Below the pieces are notes generated by a model. That model had not been told where the DNA came from. It did not search any database and saw nothing but the letters and a program-made list of their open reading frames with translations. A stretch of 64,000 nucleotides of DNA from a bacterium (GTDB lineage Bacteria > Bacillota_I > Bacilli_A > RF39 > UBA660). This document shows positions 20,149 through 31,050 of the stretch, piece after piece; the first letter of the stretch is position 1, and the number at the start of each line of letters is the position of its first letter. The stretch lies in assembly GCA_963659735.1 (NCBI GenBank), contig CAVKUP010000001.1, positions 1,166 to 65,165 on the forward strand, in the 5' to 3' direction. The position numbers were made by a program, and so were the translations under genes.

Positions 20149-20766
20149 ATGGACTTATGGCAATATGAAAGAAAATTATACGATAAAAATATAAATATAA
20201 TTGGTGGAACTGATGAGGCTGGAAGAGGTCCTTTATATGGGCCTGTAGTTGCAGCTTGTGTTGTTTTACCTAAAGATTTTAAATTAGATGGTTTAAATGA
20301 TTCAAAAAAACTATCAGAGAAAAAAAGAAATTTATTTTACGATTATATAATTAATAATACAGTATATGGTATTGGTATAGTTTCAAGCGAAGAAATTGAT
20401 GAAATAAATATTTATGAAGCAAGTAGAAAAGCAATGGTAATAGCTATAAAGGAAGTTCAAAAACAAATATCATTAGAGTTTGTTTTATCTGATGCTATGC
20501 CAATAGAAATTGATATTCCAGTAATGCCAATAATAAAAGGCGATGCTAAAAGTTATACAATAGCTGCGGCTAGTGTGATTGCTAAAGTAACGAGAGATAG
20601 GTTATTATATGAAGTTGATAAGAAATATCCACAATATGGATTTAAAAATCATAAGGGTTATCCGACTAAAAAGCATTTAGAAGCGATTAATAAATATGGA
20701 ATTATTGATGGGTACCGTAAAACATATGGACCTATAAAAAAATATTTAGAAACTGGTAAGTGTTAG
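20149..20766 (+). CDS. rnhB: Ribonuclease HII
   Basis: GTDEAGRGPLYGPVVAA catalytic motif. Confidence 0.85.
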   Translation: MDLWQYERKLYDKNINIIGGTDEAGRGPLYGPVVAACVVLPKDFKLDGLNDSKKLSEKKRNLFYDYIINNTVYGIGIVSSEEIDEINIYEASRKAMVIAIKEVQKQISLEFVLSDAMPIEIDIPVMPIIKGDAKSYTIAAASVIAKVTRDRLLYEVDKKYPQYGFKNHKGYPTKKHLEAINKYGIIDGYRKTYGPIKKYLETGKC

Positions 20767-20779
20767 TGGGTGTTATAAT

Positions 20780-20977
20780 ATGATTGTTAATAAAGACAAT
20801 AAAAATATTATTTTAAATGGAATTGTAAAAAGGGGTTTTAATCAAAATCCACAAGATTTAAAAATGAAGTTGCAATCAAAAATTGTAACTAATGCTTCAA
20901 ATAAAGAATCAGAAAAAACTTGCATAAAAAAAACGAATTTAAGGGATACTTATAATAAATTTAGAAATTTAAAATGA
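20780..20977 (+). CDS. Small basic hypothetical protein
   Basis: 65-aa ORF only. Weak support. Confidence 0.25.
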   Translation: MIVNKDNKNIILNGIVKRGFNQNPQDLKMKLQSKIVTNASNKESEKTCIKKTNLRDTYNKFRNLK

Positions 20978-21489
20978 AGATTAAAGTATTACCACTTGGT
21001 TTTTTACAAGCTAATTGTTATATTTTGGAAATAGATAATGAAATTATTATAATAGATCCTGCTGATGATTATGAGAAAATAAGGCAATATATTGGAGATA
21101 AAAAGTTATTAAAAATTTTAGTAACTCATTATCACGCTGATCATATAGGTGCATTAAAATATTTTGATGATTCTTTAATATTTAAAAATTTTGAAGAAAA
21201 AGAATATAAAATTGGTAAGTTTTCATTTGGAGTGATTTTTACAAAAGGGCATACATCAGATAGTGTAACTTATTATTTTCAGAATGAAAAATGTATGTTT
21301 ACGGGTGATTTTCTTTTTAAAAATTCAATAGGAAGAACAGATCTTTATACAGGAAATGATTTAGAAATGAAAAAAAGCTTAAATAAAATAATTAAATATT
21401 CAGATGATATAGTTATATATCCTGGTCATGGTGGTGCAACATCATTAAAATATGAAAAAGAGAATAATATTTTTTTAAGGAGGTTATAG
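20974..21489 (+). CDS. MBL-fold metallo-hydrolase
   Basis: VTHYHADHIG metal-binding motif. Confidence 0.75.
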   Translation: MKIKVLPLGFLQANCYILEIDNEIIIIDPADDYEKIRQYIGDKKLLKILVTHYHADHIGALKYFDDSLIFKNFEEKEYKIGKFSFGVIFTKGHTSDSVTYYFQNEKCMFTGDFLFKNSIGRTDLYTGNDLEMKKSLNKIIKYSDDIVIYPGHGGATSLKYEKENNIFLRRL

Positions 21490-21490
21490 A

Positions 21491-22360
21491 ATGTTTGAAG
21501 GGACTGGAAAATATTTTTTAATGATTTTTATAATATACTTAATTGTATTTTTGACTGTAAAAATTTGTTTGGGCAAAATATTTAAAAGTATGGGAATTGA
21601 TTCGTGGAAAGCCCATATACCTTTTTATAATCGTAAGGTGCTGATTAACAATTTGGATTTAAAAAAAGAAATTTTTTATAAAACGCTGATACCTTTTTTT
21701 AATTTGCATTATTATAAAATAATAATTGAAAGTCTTTTAAAAGCTTATAAATTAGATTCAAATGAAGCAATATATTTTATATTATTTCCAATGTATAAAT
21801 TTCCAGAGTTAATATATAAAAACCCTAAATTTATGCTTCATATGTACGATGATACTGAGGAATTTTTTAATGATCAAAACTTATTGTATAAGACTGAAAA
21901 AGTTGATGATAAATTAAATGATTTAGCAAATAATGAATATTTTAATCCTCAAAATACTGTTCAAAATCCATTTATGAATCTTTTAGATGTACAACAGGGT
22001 GAGATTAATAACCAAAAATCATCTGACTTTAGTACTCAAAATACTGTTCAAAATCCATTTATAAATGTTACTAATGATCAGAGTTTACAAAGTAGTATAA
22101 CGCCTTTAGCAAGTGCTGTTAATGGTCAAAATTTAAGTTTTCAAAAGGATAGGCTTGATAATGATACTGTTTTTACAAATCAAAATTTACAGCCTGATGA
22201 AAGAAAGGAAACTTTTATAAATGCACAAGAAGAAAAAGCTAAGAAGGAGGTCGCACCAATTTTTGTGGATGATGGTAAACCTAAAATTTGTCCAAAGTGT
22301 GGGACTAAGTTAGCTTCGACTGCCAGCACATGTTTTCTTTGTGGTACGAAACTTGATTAA
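21491..22360 (+). CDS. Membrane protein with an internal tandem repeat and a C-terminal zinc-ribbon (CPKCGTKL...CFLCGTKL)
   Basis: N-terminal TM helix. A 27-nt exact direct repeat encodes QNTVQNPF twice. CxxC...CxxC at the C-terminus. Confidence 0.4.
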   Translation: MFEGTGKYFLMIFIIYLIVFLTVKICLGKIFKSMGIDSWKAHIPFYNRKVLINNLDLKKEIFYKTLIPFFNLHYYKIIIESLLKAYKLDSNEAIYFILFPMYKFPELIYKNPKFMLHMYDDTEEFFNDQNLLYKTEKVDDKLNDLANNEYFNPQNTVQNPFMNLLDVQQGEINNQKSSDFSTQNTVQNPFINVTNDQSLQSSITPLASAVNGQNLSFQKDRLDNDTVFTNQNLQPDERKETFINAQEEKAKKEVAPIFVDDGKPKICPKCGTKLASTASTCFLCGTKLD

Positions 22361-22365
22361 ATACG

Positions 22366-22394
22366 TTGAAAATAATAAAAAAAATGTGTATAAT
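22366..22394 (+). promoter_or_regulatory. Sigma-A promoter for the valS T-box leader
   Basis: TTGAAA at 22366-22371, 17-nt spacer, TATAAT at 22389-22394. Confidence 0.6.
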
Positions 22395-22399
22395 TAAGT

Positions 22400-22620
22400 A
22401 AAAGCAATGACCAAGAGGAGTAGATATTAATTTGTTTGAAGAAAGTTAGTGGTCGATGTAAACTAATAACAAATAATATTGAAGGTAGCTTGTTAGCTGA
22501 TTTTTTGAAACTAAGTAGAAAAATACGTTTAAGGTGCGTTAAATCTTTAAGGTAAGTTTAACTTATGAATTAAGGTGGTACCACGTATTATCACGTCCTT
22601 ATATTAAGGACTTTTTTTTA
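22400..22620 (+). promoter_or_regulatory. T-box riboswitch leader (Val-type by context)
   Basis: AAGGTGGTACCACG at 22572-22585. Terminator hairpin gtcctta...taaggac plus T-run at 22596-22620. Confidence 0.75.
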
Positions 22621-22628
22621 TTGAAAGG

Positions 22629-25157
22629 ATGGATTATATGTTAGAAAAAAAATACAATCATAAAAAAGTTGAAGAAAACAAATATGAATATTGGTTAAAT
22701 AATGGATATTTTAAATGTGGTGATGAAACTAAAAAACCATATTCAATTATTTTGCCCCCACCAAATGTAACAGGTAAATTACACCTTGGGCATGCTTGGG
22801 ATGTTTCGATTCAAGATATCATAATTAGATATAAAAAAATGGAAGGATATGATTGTCTTTGGCTTCCTGGAATGGATCATGCTGCCATTGCAACAGAGGC
22901 AAAAGTTGTTAAAAGACTTAAGGATGAAGGAAAAAACAAAAATGAAATTGGTAGAGAAAATTTCATAAAAGAATGTTGGAGATGGACTAATGAACATTCA
23001 TCATTGATAAGAGAGCAATGGGCAAAATTAGGAATTGCATTAGATTATTCAAAAGAAAGATTTACCTTAGATGAGCAAATAGAAAAGGCAGTAAAAAAAG
23101 TATTTGTAGATTATTATAATAAAGGGTTAATTTATAGAGGCGAAAAAATAATAAATTGGGATCCAGTTGCTCAAACTGCACTTTCCAATGAAGAGGTTAT
23201 ATATTCAGAAGAAAAAAGTGCTTTTTATCATTTAAAATATAAAATAGAAAATTCAGATAAATATATAGATGTTGCAACAACAAGACCAGAAACATTATTT
23301 GGGGATACCGCCGTAGCTGTAAATGAAAATGATGAAAGATATAAAGATATAATAGGGAAAAATGTAATTTTGCCACTTGTAGGAAGAAAAATACCAGTAA
23401 TTGCAGATGAACATGCAGATATTACTAAAGGAACTGGTGCAGTTAAGATAACACCTGCTTCTGATCCAAATGATTTTGAAGTTGGAAACAGGCATAATTT
23501 AGAAAGAATAAATATTATGAATGATGATGCTACAATGAATGAAAATTGTGGTAAATATAAGGGTTTAACTAGAGAAAAATGTAGGGAAGAAGTAATAAAA
23601 CAACTTAAAGAAGAAGATTTATTAATTAAAATAGAACCGATAACACATGAAGTTGGACACTCAGAAAGGACTGGATCTTTAGTAGAACCTATGATTAAAA
23701 AACAATGGTTTGTTAAGATGAGACCACTTGCTGATAATGTATTAAAAAATCAAAAAGATGGTATAACAAAAGTACATTTTGTACCTTCAAATTATGAAAA
23801 AACGATGAATCATTGGATGGAAATAACCTATGATTGGTGTATTTCAAGACAATTATGGTGGGGTCATAGAATACCAGCTTGGTATAAAGATGATGAAATA
23901 TATGTTGGTATGGAAAAACCAGAAGGTGATGGATGGAAACAAGATGAAGATGTACTTGATACTTGGTTTTCTTCCGCACTTTGGCCTTTCGCAACACTAG
24001 GTTGGCCAGATAATACTAAATTATTAGAAAGATATTATCCTAATAATTGTTTGGTAACAGGATATGATATCATACCATTTTGGGTAAACAGAATGACCTT
24101 TCAAGGTGAAGAGTTATTAGGCAAAAGGCCATTTGAGTATTGCTTAATCCATGGATTAATTAGAGATAAACAAGGAAGAAAATTTAGTAAAAGTTTAGGA
24201 AATGGTATTGATCCGTTTGACATGATAGAATTATATGGAGCTGATTCATTGAGATACTATCTTGCAACAGATGTTGCTGCAGGAAAAGATATGCATTTTG
24301 ATGAAGATAAAATAAAAGCAACATGGAATTACATAAATAAAATATGGAATGCATCTAGGTTTGTTCTTTCAAATATAGAAGATTTAAAAGAAGTTTCGTT
24401 GGAAAACTTAAAAGAAGAAGATAAATGGATTTTAACAAAATTTGAAAAAACTGTTCAAAATGTAAAAAAATTTATGGATAAATTTCAATTTAATAATGCA
24501 GGAAATAATATATATGAATTTACTTGGAATTATTTTTGTGACTATTACATTGAAATGTCAAAATATTCAATAGAAACAAAAGAAACAAAATCAGTTTTAT
24601 ACTACGTTTTATCTGGAATATTAAAATTACTTCATCCATTTATGCCATATGTGACAGAAGAAATTTATCAAATGCTACCTATTAAAGAAACAAAATCAAT
24701 TATGATTTCAAAATATCCAAAATACAACAAAAACTATATATTTGAAAAAGAAGAAATCCTAATAGACGATAAAATAGAGTTTATAAAAGAATTTAGAAAC
24801 ATCAAGGCTAAAAATAACATGACAAAAGATTTAAAAATATTATTTGAAAATTCTGATGATTTAATTATAAAAGTATTAAGATTAGAAAATAATATAGTAA
24901 CTAAACCGTTAAACATTAAATCTTATCAAGTAATTTCAAAAAATATAAAAGCAACAATTTTCTTTGAAAAAGAAGAAACATTAGAAGATAAAAAAATAAA
25001 AAACAATCAAATAGAAGAATTAAAAAATAGTATTCAAAGAAGGGAAAAACTGCTTTCAAATGAAAATTATGTTAATAAAGCGCCTAAAAATATTGTTGAA
25101 TTAGATAGACAAAAACTTAAAGAAGAAAAAGATAAATTAAAAGAACTATTAAAATAA
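22629..25157 (+). CDS. valS: Valyl-tRNA synthetase
   Basis: HLGH and KFSKSLGN motifs; C-terminal coiled coil. Confidence 0.95.
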   Translation: MDYMLEKKYNHKKVEENKYEYWLNNGYFKCGDETKKPYSIILPPPNVTGKLHLGHAWDVSIQDIIIRYKKMEGYDCLWLPGMDHAAIATEAKVVKRLKDEGKNKNEIGRENFIKECWRWTNEHSSLIREQWAKLGIALDYSKERFTLDEQIEKAVKKVFVDYYNKGLIYRGEKIINWDPVAQTALSNEEVIYSEEKSAFYHLKYKIENSDKYIDVATTRPETLFGDTAVAVNENDERYKDIIGKNVILPLVGRKIPVIADEHADITKGTGAVKITPASDPNDFEVGNRHNLERINIMNDDATMNENCGKYKGLTREKCREEVIKQLKEEDLLIKIEPITHEVGHSERTGSLVEPMIKKQWFVKMRPLADNVLKNQKDGITKVHFVPSNYEKTMNHWMEITYDWCISRQLWWGHRIPAWYKDDEIYVGMEKPEGDGWKQDEDVLDTWFSSALWPFATLGWPDNTKLLERYYPNNCLVTGYDIIPFWVNRMTFQGEELLGKRPFEYCLIHGLIRDKQGRKFSKSLGNGIDPFDMIELYGADSLRYYLATDVAAGKDMHFDEDKIKATWNYINKIWNASRFVLSNIEDLKEVSLENLKEEDKWILTKFEKTVQNVKKFMDKFQFNNAGNNIYEFTWNYFCDYYIEMSKYSIETKETKSVLYYVLSGILKLLHPFMPYVTEEIYQMLPIKETKSIMISKYPKYNKNYIFEKEEILIDDKIEFIKEFRNIKAKNNMTKDLKILFENSDDLIIKVLRLENNIVTKPLNIKSYQVISKNIKATIFFEKEETLEDKKIKNNQIEELKNSIQRREKLLSNENYVNKAPKNIVELDRQKLKEEKDKLKELLK

Positions 25158-25654
25158 TTTTGTTTGTTACAGTTCGGACTAGGAAGTAAATAAAATTACT
25201 TTTTAGTCTTTTTTATTTCTCATTTTACTACAAATAATATAACAGACTATGTATAATATTAAATATGGAGGAATTATTAATGACTTCTAAATATATAAAT
25301 GATTTTTACAACAATTTGAGGATCTAAACTAAAAATTTAGATAAAACAAATAAAAAAATTCAAAATTATTATTAGAAATGGAAAGATTTAAAAATAACAA
25401 TAATAGAAACAGATTTAATTCATCTAAACAATCAAGGACATTTTTGGGCAAATAAATTAGAATAATTTATTAATTCAGGTAATATTGAAGAAAAAATATC
25501 AGAAATTTTTACAAAGTATAATAAAGAAATAATACATTGATAAAAAAATAGAAAGATTTGATAATGTGTTGTATCCTAATATATAAAAAACAAAATTTAG
25601 ATATATTAGGATTTTTAATAAAAAATTTTGAAGGTTGAACGTCTTATCATAAGA

Positions 25655-25685
25655 AAAAAGTGAATAAAACTCACTTTTTTTCTAG
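25655..25685 (+). terminator. Rho-independent terminator
   Basis: agtga-ataaaac-tcact hairpin followed by TTTTTT. Confidence 0.5.
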
Positions 25686-25802
25686 TGTCTTGACTGAACT
25701 GTAATTTTTGTTTGACATTTTACACTATCTTATTTAAAAAATATTGCTAAAAATATCAAAATATGATACGATTATATCAAGGTAAGTAGGGAGGTGAAAT
25801 AG

Positions 25803-26279
25803 ATGAGAAAAAATTCTAAAGGTTTTACGTTGGTTGAACTACTAGCTATCATTGTTATCTTAGCTATTATCGCCTTAATCACAACACCAGTTATTTTAAA
25901 TGTAATTGAAAATTCAAAATTAAATGCGGCTAAAGATAAAGCTTGGGGAACAATTGATGCTGTAAGAGTTGCTTATGCAACTGCACAAACAGATGAGCAA
26001 GAAATTAGTCTTCCTTATACTGTTAACTTTAACGGTACTAAGGCAGCATGTACAACTGGTAGTTCATGTGTAGGCTACATTGGTAGTACTGAAGTTAAAG
26101 CTAGTGGAGAAAATGCAACAGATGGTTCTGTAGTAATAGCTGAAGATGGTACAATGACTGCAACTTCATTAAAATTTGGAAATTACTATTGTAGTACAAT
26201 ATCTGGTAAAAAAGGCAAATTAAATGCTAACCAAATGTATTGTTCAAGAACATCAGATGATGTTACTCCAACTGCATAA
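25803..26279 (+). CDS. Type IV pilin/pseudopilin with canonical class III signal (KG|FTLVELL)
   Basis: MRKNSKGFTLVELLAIIVILAIIAL carries the prepilin peptidase motif G|FTL[IV]E. There is a C-terminal Cys pair. Confidence 0.7.
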   Translation: MRKNSKGFTLVELLAIIVILAIIALITTPVILNVIENSKLNAAKDKAWGTIDAVRVAYATAQTDEQEISLPYTVNFNGTKAACTTGSSCVGYIGSTEVKASGENATDGSVVIAEDGTMTATSLKFGNYYCSTISGKKGKLNANQMYCSRTSDDVTPTA

Positions 26280-26300
26280 GAGCGAAAGCTCTTTTTTTTA
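26279..26300 (+). terminator. Rho-independent terminator after the pilin gene
   Basis: agagc-gaaa-gctct plus T8. Confidence 0.7.
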
Positions 26301-26367
26301 TAATAAATTATCTATTGCACGTGTTTACTGTTTTATGATATATTATTATCATAAAGGGGTATGAAAT

Positions 26368-26817
26368 ATGGGTGCGATGAAAGAAGTCAATGAAGATACT
26401 AAAAGAATACAGATGATAGAATACGGACTAATAATATTAATGTTATTTATAATTTTAATAATATTAATGCCACCATTTACTAAAATAGTATCAACTACTA
26501 TGTATAATTCCGCAAAATTAAATACAGAAGGCACTATTTCAACTGTAAAGGATATGTATGCTTCTATTAATTTAAGAGATGATGTGGCTTTACCTTTTAC
26601 TGTTGAATATAAACATGGGAAATATACACTTTATGAAGACGGAAGAAAATATATAATTCCTAATACAGTTAAAATAAAAATTGAAGGAAAGCAAGCATCA
26701 AGTGGTAAAGTAGTAATAAATACAGATGGAGAGATAGAAGTTAAAAATTTAAAATTTGGTTTATATGCATGTAATCAAAAAGCTGGAAAAAACTTAGATT
26801 GCAAATTTTCTTGGTAA
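26368..26817 (+). CDS. Pilin paralogue with altered signal (KR|IQMIEYGLI; Arg at the -1 position)
   Basis: Aligns with the upstream pilin (K-G-F-T-L-V-E versus K-R-I-Q-M-I-E). Shares the C-terminal LKFG.Y.C disulfide-loop motif. Confidence 0.5.
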   Translation: MGAMKEVNEDTKRIQMIEYGLIILMLFIILIILMPPFTKIVSTTMYNSAKLNTEGTISTVKDMYASINLRDDVALPFTVEYKHGKYTLYEDGRKYIIPNTVKIKIEGKQASSGKVVINTDGEIEVKNLKFGLYACNQKAGKNLDCKFSW

Positions 26818-26863
26818 GTGGCACATTGCCTTTTTTTTTGATATAATTAAACTGGTGATTAAC

Positions 26864-28666
26864 ATGAATCAAAAAAACATCAGAAATTTTTCAATAATAG
26901 CTCATATAGATCATGGCAAAAGTACAATTGCCGATAGAATATTAGAACTAACAGGTGCTATTAGTGAAAGAGAAAAAAAAGATCAGTTATTAGATAGTAT
27001 GGACATTGAAAGAGAAAGGGGAATTACAATAAAATTAAATGCTGTTCAGCTTCATTATAATTATAAAAATGAAGATTATATAATGCATTTAATTGATACT
27101 CCAGGTCATGTCGATTTTTCATATGAAGTATCTAGAAGTTTAGCTGCTTGTGAGGGTGCTATATTAGTAGTAGATGCCGCACAGGGAATAGAAGCTCAAA
27201 CTCTTGCTAATGTATATTTAGCTATAGAAAACGATTTAAAAATAATTCCAGTAATAAATAAAATAGATCTTCCTAATGCAGATATTCCAAAAGTAAAAAA
27301 AGAGTTAGAAACATTAGGATTTAAAGAAGATGAAATAATTTTAACTAGTGCTAAAACAGGTCAAGGAATAAAAGAATTAATAGAAGCAGTAATTGAAAGA
27401 ATACCATCTCCAGAAGGAGAAAAAAATGATAAATTGAAAGCATTAGTATTTGATAGTCATTTTGATCCATATAAAGGTGTTGTGGTTTTAGTTAGAATTA
27501 AAAGTGGTAGTATTAAATTAAAAGATAGAATAAAATTCATGAAAGCAAATGCAGTCTATGAGGTAACAGAACTTGGTGTAAGTAATCCTCATTTAGAGTC
27601 AAAGAATTCTTTAACTTGTGGTGAAGTTGGTTATTTATGTGCTAGTATAAAAAGTATTAGTGACATTAAAGTAGGAGATACTATTACTTTAGAAAATAAT
27701 CCAGCTGAAGAAAGTCTTCCGGGTTATAAACCAATGAAACCAATGGTATTTTGTGGATTATATCCAATAGAAACAAATAAATATCCGGAGCTAAGGGAAG
27801 CTTTAGAAAAATTAAAGTTAAATGATTCTGCTTTGGAATTTGAACCAGAAACTTCAAAAGCTTTGGGATTTGGTTTTAGATGTGGTTTTCTAGGTTTACT
27901 TCATATGGAAATAATCCAGGAAAGATTAGAAAGAGAATTCAATTTAGATCATATTGCGACAAGCCCTTCTGTAATTTATAAAATAACAAAAACAGATAAT
28001 GAAGTAATTTATATTGATAGTCCAGCTAAAATGCCAGATAGGCAAAAAATAAAACAAATAGAAGAACCATATGTAAAAACAAATATATATGTTCCAACAA
28101 ATTATATAGGACCAATAATGGAACTATGTCAAAATAAAAGGGGAATATATATAAACATGGAATATATTAGTGAGACAAGAGTTAATATTCATTATGAAAT
28201 TCCTTTATCAGAAATAGTTTATAATTTTTTTGATAAATTAAAAAGTTCAACAAAAGGATATGCTTCATTTGATTATGAATTAATAGGTTATAAACCGAGC
28301 GATTTAGTTAAAATGGATATATTATTAAATGGTGAAGTAATTGATGCATTAAGTATAATTGTTCATAAAAATTTCGCATACTCAAGAGGAAAAGCAATAG
28401 TAGAAAAATTAAAAGAAATAATTCCAAGACAATTGTTTGAAGTGCCAATTCAATCAGTAATAGGTTCTAAAGTAATAGCTAGAGCTGATATAAAAGCTTT
28501 AAGAAAAAATGTTTTAGCAAAATGTTATGGTGGCGATATTACGAGGAAAAGAAAATTATTAGAAAAACAAAAAGAAGGCAAAAAAAGGATGAAAATGGTA
28601 GGTAATGTTGAACTTCCAAGTTCTGCATTCTTAGCGGTTTTGAAATTAGATGAAGAAGGTAAATAA
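26864..28666 (+). CDS. lepA: Elongation factor 4 (LepA)
   Basis: [17 protein letters not shown]1 motif; LepA-specific C-terminal domain. Confidence 0.95.
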   Translation: MNQKNIRNFSIIAHIDHGKSTIADRILELTGAISEREKKDQLLDSMDIERERGITIKLNAVQLHYNYKNEDYIMHLIDTPGHVDFSYEVSRSLAACEGAILVVDAAQGIEAQTLANVYLAIENDLKIIPVINKIDLPNADIPKVKKELETLGFKEDEIILTSAKTGQGIKELIEAVIERIPSPEGEKNDKLKALVFDSHFDPYKGVVVLVRIKSGSIKLKDRIKFMKANAVYEVTELGVSNPHLESKNSLTCGEVGYLCASIKSISDIKVGDTITLENNPAEESLPGYKPMKPMVFCGLYPIETNKYPELREALEKLKLNDSALEFEPETSKALGFGFRCGFLGLLHMEIIQERLEREFNLDHIATSPSVIYKITKTDNEVIYIDSPAKMPDRQKIKQIEEPYVKTNIYVPTNYIGPIMELCQNKRGIYINMEYISETRVNIHYEIPLSEIVYNFFDKLKSSTKGYASFDYELIGYKPSDLVKMDILLNGEVIDALSIIVHKNFAYSRGKAIVEKLKEIIPRQLFEVPIQSVIGSKVIARADIKALRKNVLAKCYGGDITRKRKLLEKQKEGKKRMKMVGNVELPSSAFLAVLKLDEEGK

Positions 28667-29367
28667 TGCGTGAATTATATGTCAGTGAAGAGTTAAAAAA
28701 TTATAATTATGTAACTAGAAACACAAAAAATAACGTTTGTAAAATAATTGTTCCACCAACATCAGAAGAAATATTAGACCCTGATTTTAGTTATACTGAA
28801 TATGCTAATAATATAATTGAAATGAATTTTGATATGGATTGTGATGTGGATAGTTTAATATATGATTTTATGGATGATTCACAAACAAATAAATCTAATG
28901 AGGAAAAAGAATTAATACAAACATGTAGCAGATTATATGAAAATTTTGAAAATAGAATAAAACAAATGCAGAGTGAATATGAAGAAAAATTTATAAATGG
29001 TCAAATAGATGAAGAATATACGCAAATAATGAAAGTAATTGCTAAAGCATATTTTGATGCACTTAAGGATTTAGAAAATAATAAAATTAAAGATAATTCA
29101 AAGATGGGTTCTTTTATAAAAGATGAGGTACAAGCTGAAAGTACTTTGAGGATTGAAGCGTTTTCAAAAGGTGAAATTAAATTAGGACAACTTCATCCTG
29201 TTGATTTATCATCTTTAAGTAATATTCAACTGGGTTTAACAAAATTAGATTATGCAAAATTAAAACGTTATTTGTTTGCTAATTCAACTGAATATGAAAT
29301 GATTAATAAGGAAATTGGTCAATTATATGTAGAGATAAAAGATAGAAAAAAAGGAAAATGTTTATGA
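28666..29367 (+). CDS. Hypothetical protein
   Basis: Translationally coupled between lepA and hemW. No family recognised. Confidence 0.35.
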   Translation: MRELYVSEELKNYNYVTRNTKNNVCKIIVPPTSEEILDPDFSYTEYANNIIEMNFDMDCDVDSLIYDFMDDSQTNKSNEEKELIQTCSRLYENFENRIKQMQSEYEEKFINGQIDEEYTQIMKVIAKAYFDALKDLENNKIKDNSKMGSFIKDEVQAESTLRIEAFSKGEIKLGQLHPVDLSSLSNIQLGLTKLDYAKLKRYLFANSTEYEMINKEIGQLYVEIKDRKKGKCL

Positions 29368-30446
29368 GTGTTTATATTCATATTCCTTTTTGTTCATCAA
29401 TATGTTCTTACTGTGATTTTTGCAAACTTTTAAAAAATCAAAAGTGGATAGATGATTATTTATTATCTTTGGAAAAAGAAGTAGAATTAAATTACAAAGG
29501 CGAAAAAATAAATACTATTTATATAGGTGGTGGCACTCCAAGTGTACTTAATTTAAATCAATTAAAAAAACTATTTGAAATAATAGATGTATTTAATTTA
29601 AATGAAAATGTCGAAATAACTTTTGAATCTAACAGTGAAGATTTAACTTTAGATAAAATTTTATATTTGAAAAATAAAGTAAATAGGTTAAGTATAGGTG
29701 TTCAAACATTTAATAAAAATATTTTGAAATTATTAAATAGAAAATTAAATATTAATAATATTAAACAGGCATTTAGACATTTTAAAAACATAAATATTGA
29801 TTTAATGTATGGATTTAACAGGCAAACTTTAAATGATTTAGATAGTGATATTAATAAAATATTAAAACTAAACCCTACACATATTTCTATATATTGTTTA
29901 ATAATGGAAAAAAACACCAAATTATATATAAATAATTATCAACCACAATCTGATGATAATGAAAGAAAAATGTATGATTTTATAGTAAAAAAGTTAAAAG
30001 AAAATGGTTATAAACAATATGAATTTTCAAATTTTTCAAAAAAAAGTTATGAATCGAAACATAATTTAGTATATTGGAATAATGAAAGTTATTATGGCTT
30101 TGGTTTAGGGGCAGCTGGTTATTTAAATAATGTAAGATATGAAAATACTAGAAGTTTAACAAATTATTTAAAAGGAAATTATAAATTAGAATCTCATGTA
30201 CTTACTGTAGATGAAAAACTTCAAAATGAATTTATATTAGGTTTTAGAAAAATAAATGGTATAAATAAAAAAGAGTTTTTTCTAAAGTATAAAAAAAATA
30301 TAAAAGAGATTCAAAAGGTAGAAGAATTATTAAAAAATAAAATATTAAAAGAAAATGAAACAAATATATATATTAATCCTAAGTATATATATGTATCAAA
30401 TGAAATTTTATTAAATTTTATTGATATTTCTTTACACAAACATTAG
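29358..30446 (+). CDS. hemW: Radical SAM heme chaperone HemW (HemN-like)
   Basis: YIHIPFCSSICSYCDFC (CxxxCxxC) motif. Conserved lepA-hemW neighbourhood. Confidence 0.85.
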   Translation: MFMSVYIHIPFCSSICSYCDFCKLLKNQKWIDDYLLSLEKEVELNYKGEKINTIYIGGGTPSVLNLNQLKKLFEIIDVFNLNENVEITFESNSEDLTLDKILYLKNKVNRLSIGVQTFNKNILKLLNRKLNINNIKQAFRHFKNINIDLMYGFNRQTLNDLDSDINKILKLNPTHISIYCLIMEKNTKLYINNYQPQSDDNERKMYDFIVKKLKENGYKQYEFSNFSKKSYESKHNLVYWNNESYYGFGLGAAGYLNNVRYENTRSLTNYLKGNYKLESHVLTVDEKLQNEFILGFRKINGINKKEFFLKYKKNIKEIQKVEELLKNKILKENETNIYINPKYIYVSNEILLNFIDISLHKH

Positions 30447-30467
30447 TTTGTGATAATCTTATTATAG

Positions 30468-31049
30468 GTGATGAATATGAAAAATGCATTTGAAAAAGAA
30501 ATTACATTTATAAAAAATGAAAAATATAAAAAAGCGGCTGAGGAATTAATAAAATTACTGCCAGACTATTTTTATGAAGTGGCTGCAAGTTCTACTGGAA
30601 AATATCATCCATCTTTCGCCTTAAATGAGGGTGGCTTAGTAAGACATACTAAAGCAGCTGTTAAAATAGCTCATGAAATATTAGAAGATGATGTTATAGG
30701 TTATTCATTTACTAATGATGAAAAAGATTTAATGCTGATAGCACTAATAATGCATGATGGACTAAAACATGGCCTTACAAAAGAAAAATATGTGAGATTT
30801 GACCATCCTATTTTAATGGCTGATTATATTAAAGAAAATAAAGATAAATTATCACTTTCAGAAAATGAAGTAAACTTTATAGCAAGCGTAATTTCATCTC
30901 ATATGGGTAATTGGAATACCAATCCTTATAGTGATGTTGTTTTACCAGTTCCTAAAAATAAATATCAAAGATTTGTTCATATGTGTGATTTTCTTGCTAG
31001 TAGAAAATTTTTAGATATAAAATTTACTAATAATGAAATAGAGGAATAA
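30468..31049 (+). CDS. HD-domain phosphohydrolase
   Basis: H...HD motif (IMHDGLKHG). The start may be the ATG at 30477. Confidence 0.55.
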   Translation: MMNMKNAFEKEITFIKNEKYKKAAEELIKLLPDYFYEVAASSTGKYHPSFALNEGGLVRHTKAAVKIAHEILEDDVIGYSFTNDEKDLMLIALIMHDGLKHGLTKEKYVRFDHPILMADYIKENKDKLSLSENEVNFIASVISSHMGNWNTNPYSDVVLPVPKNKYQRFVHMCDFLASRKFLDIKFTNNEIEE

Positions 31050-31050
31050 T

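Noticed and set aside
25690-25740. TTGACT/TTGACA -35-like hexamers upstream of the first pilin gene
   Set aside because: No acceptable -10 hexamer lies at 16-18 nt spacing from either, so a sigma-A promoter could not be supported.
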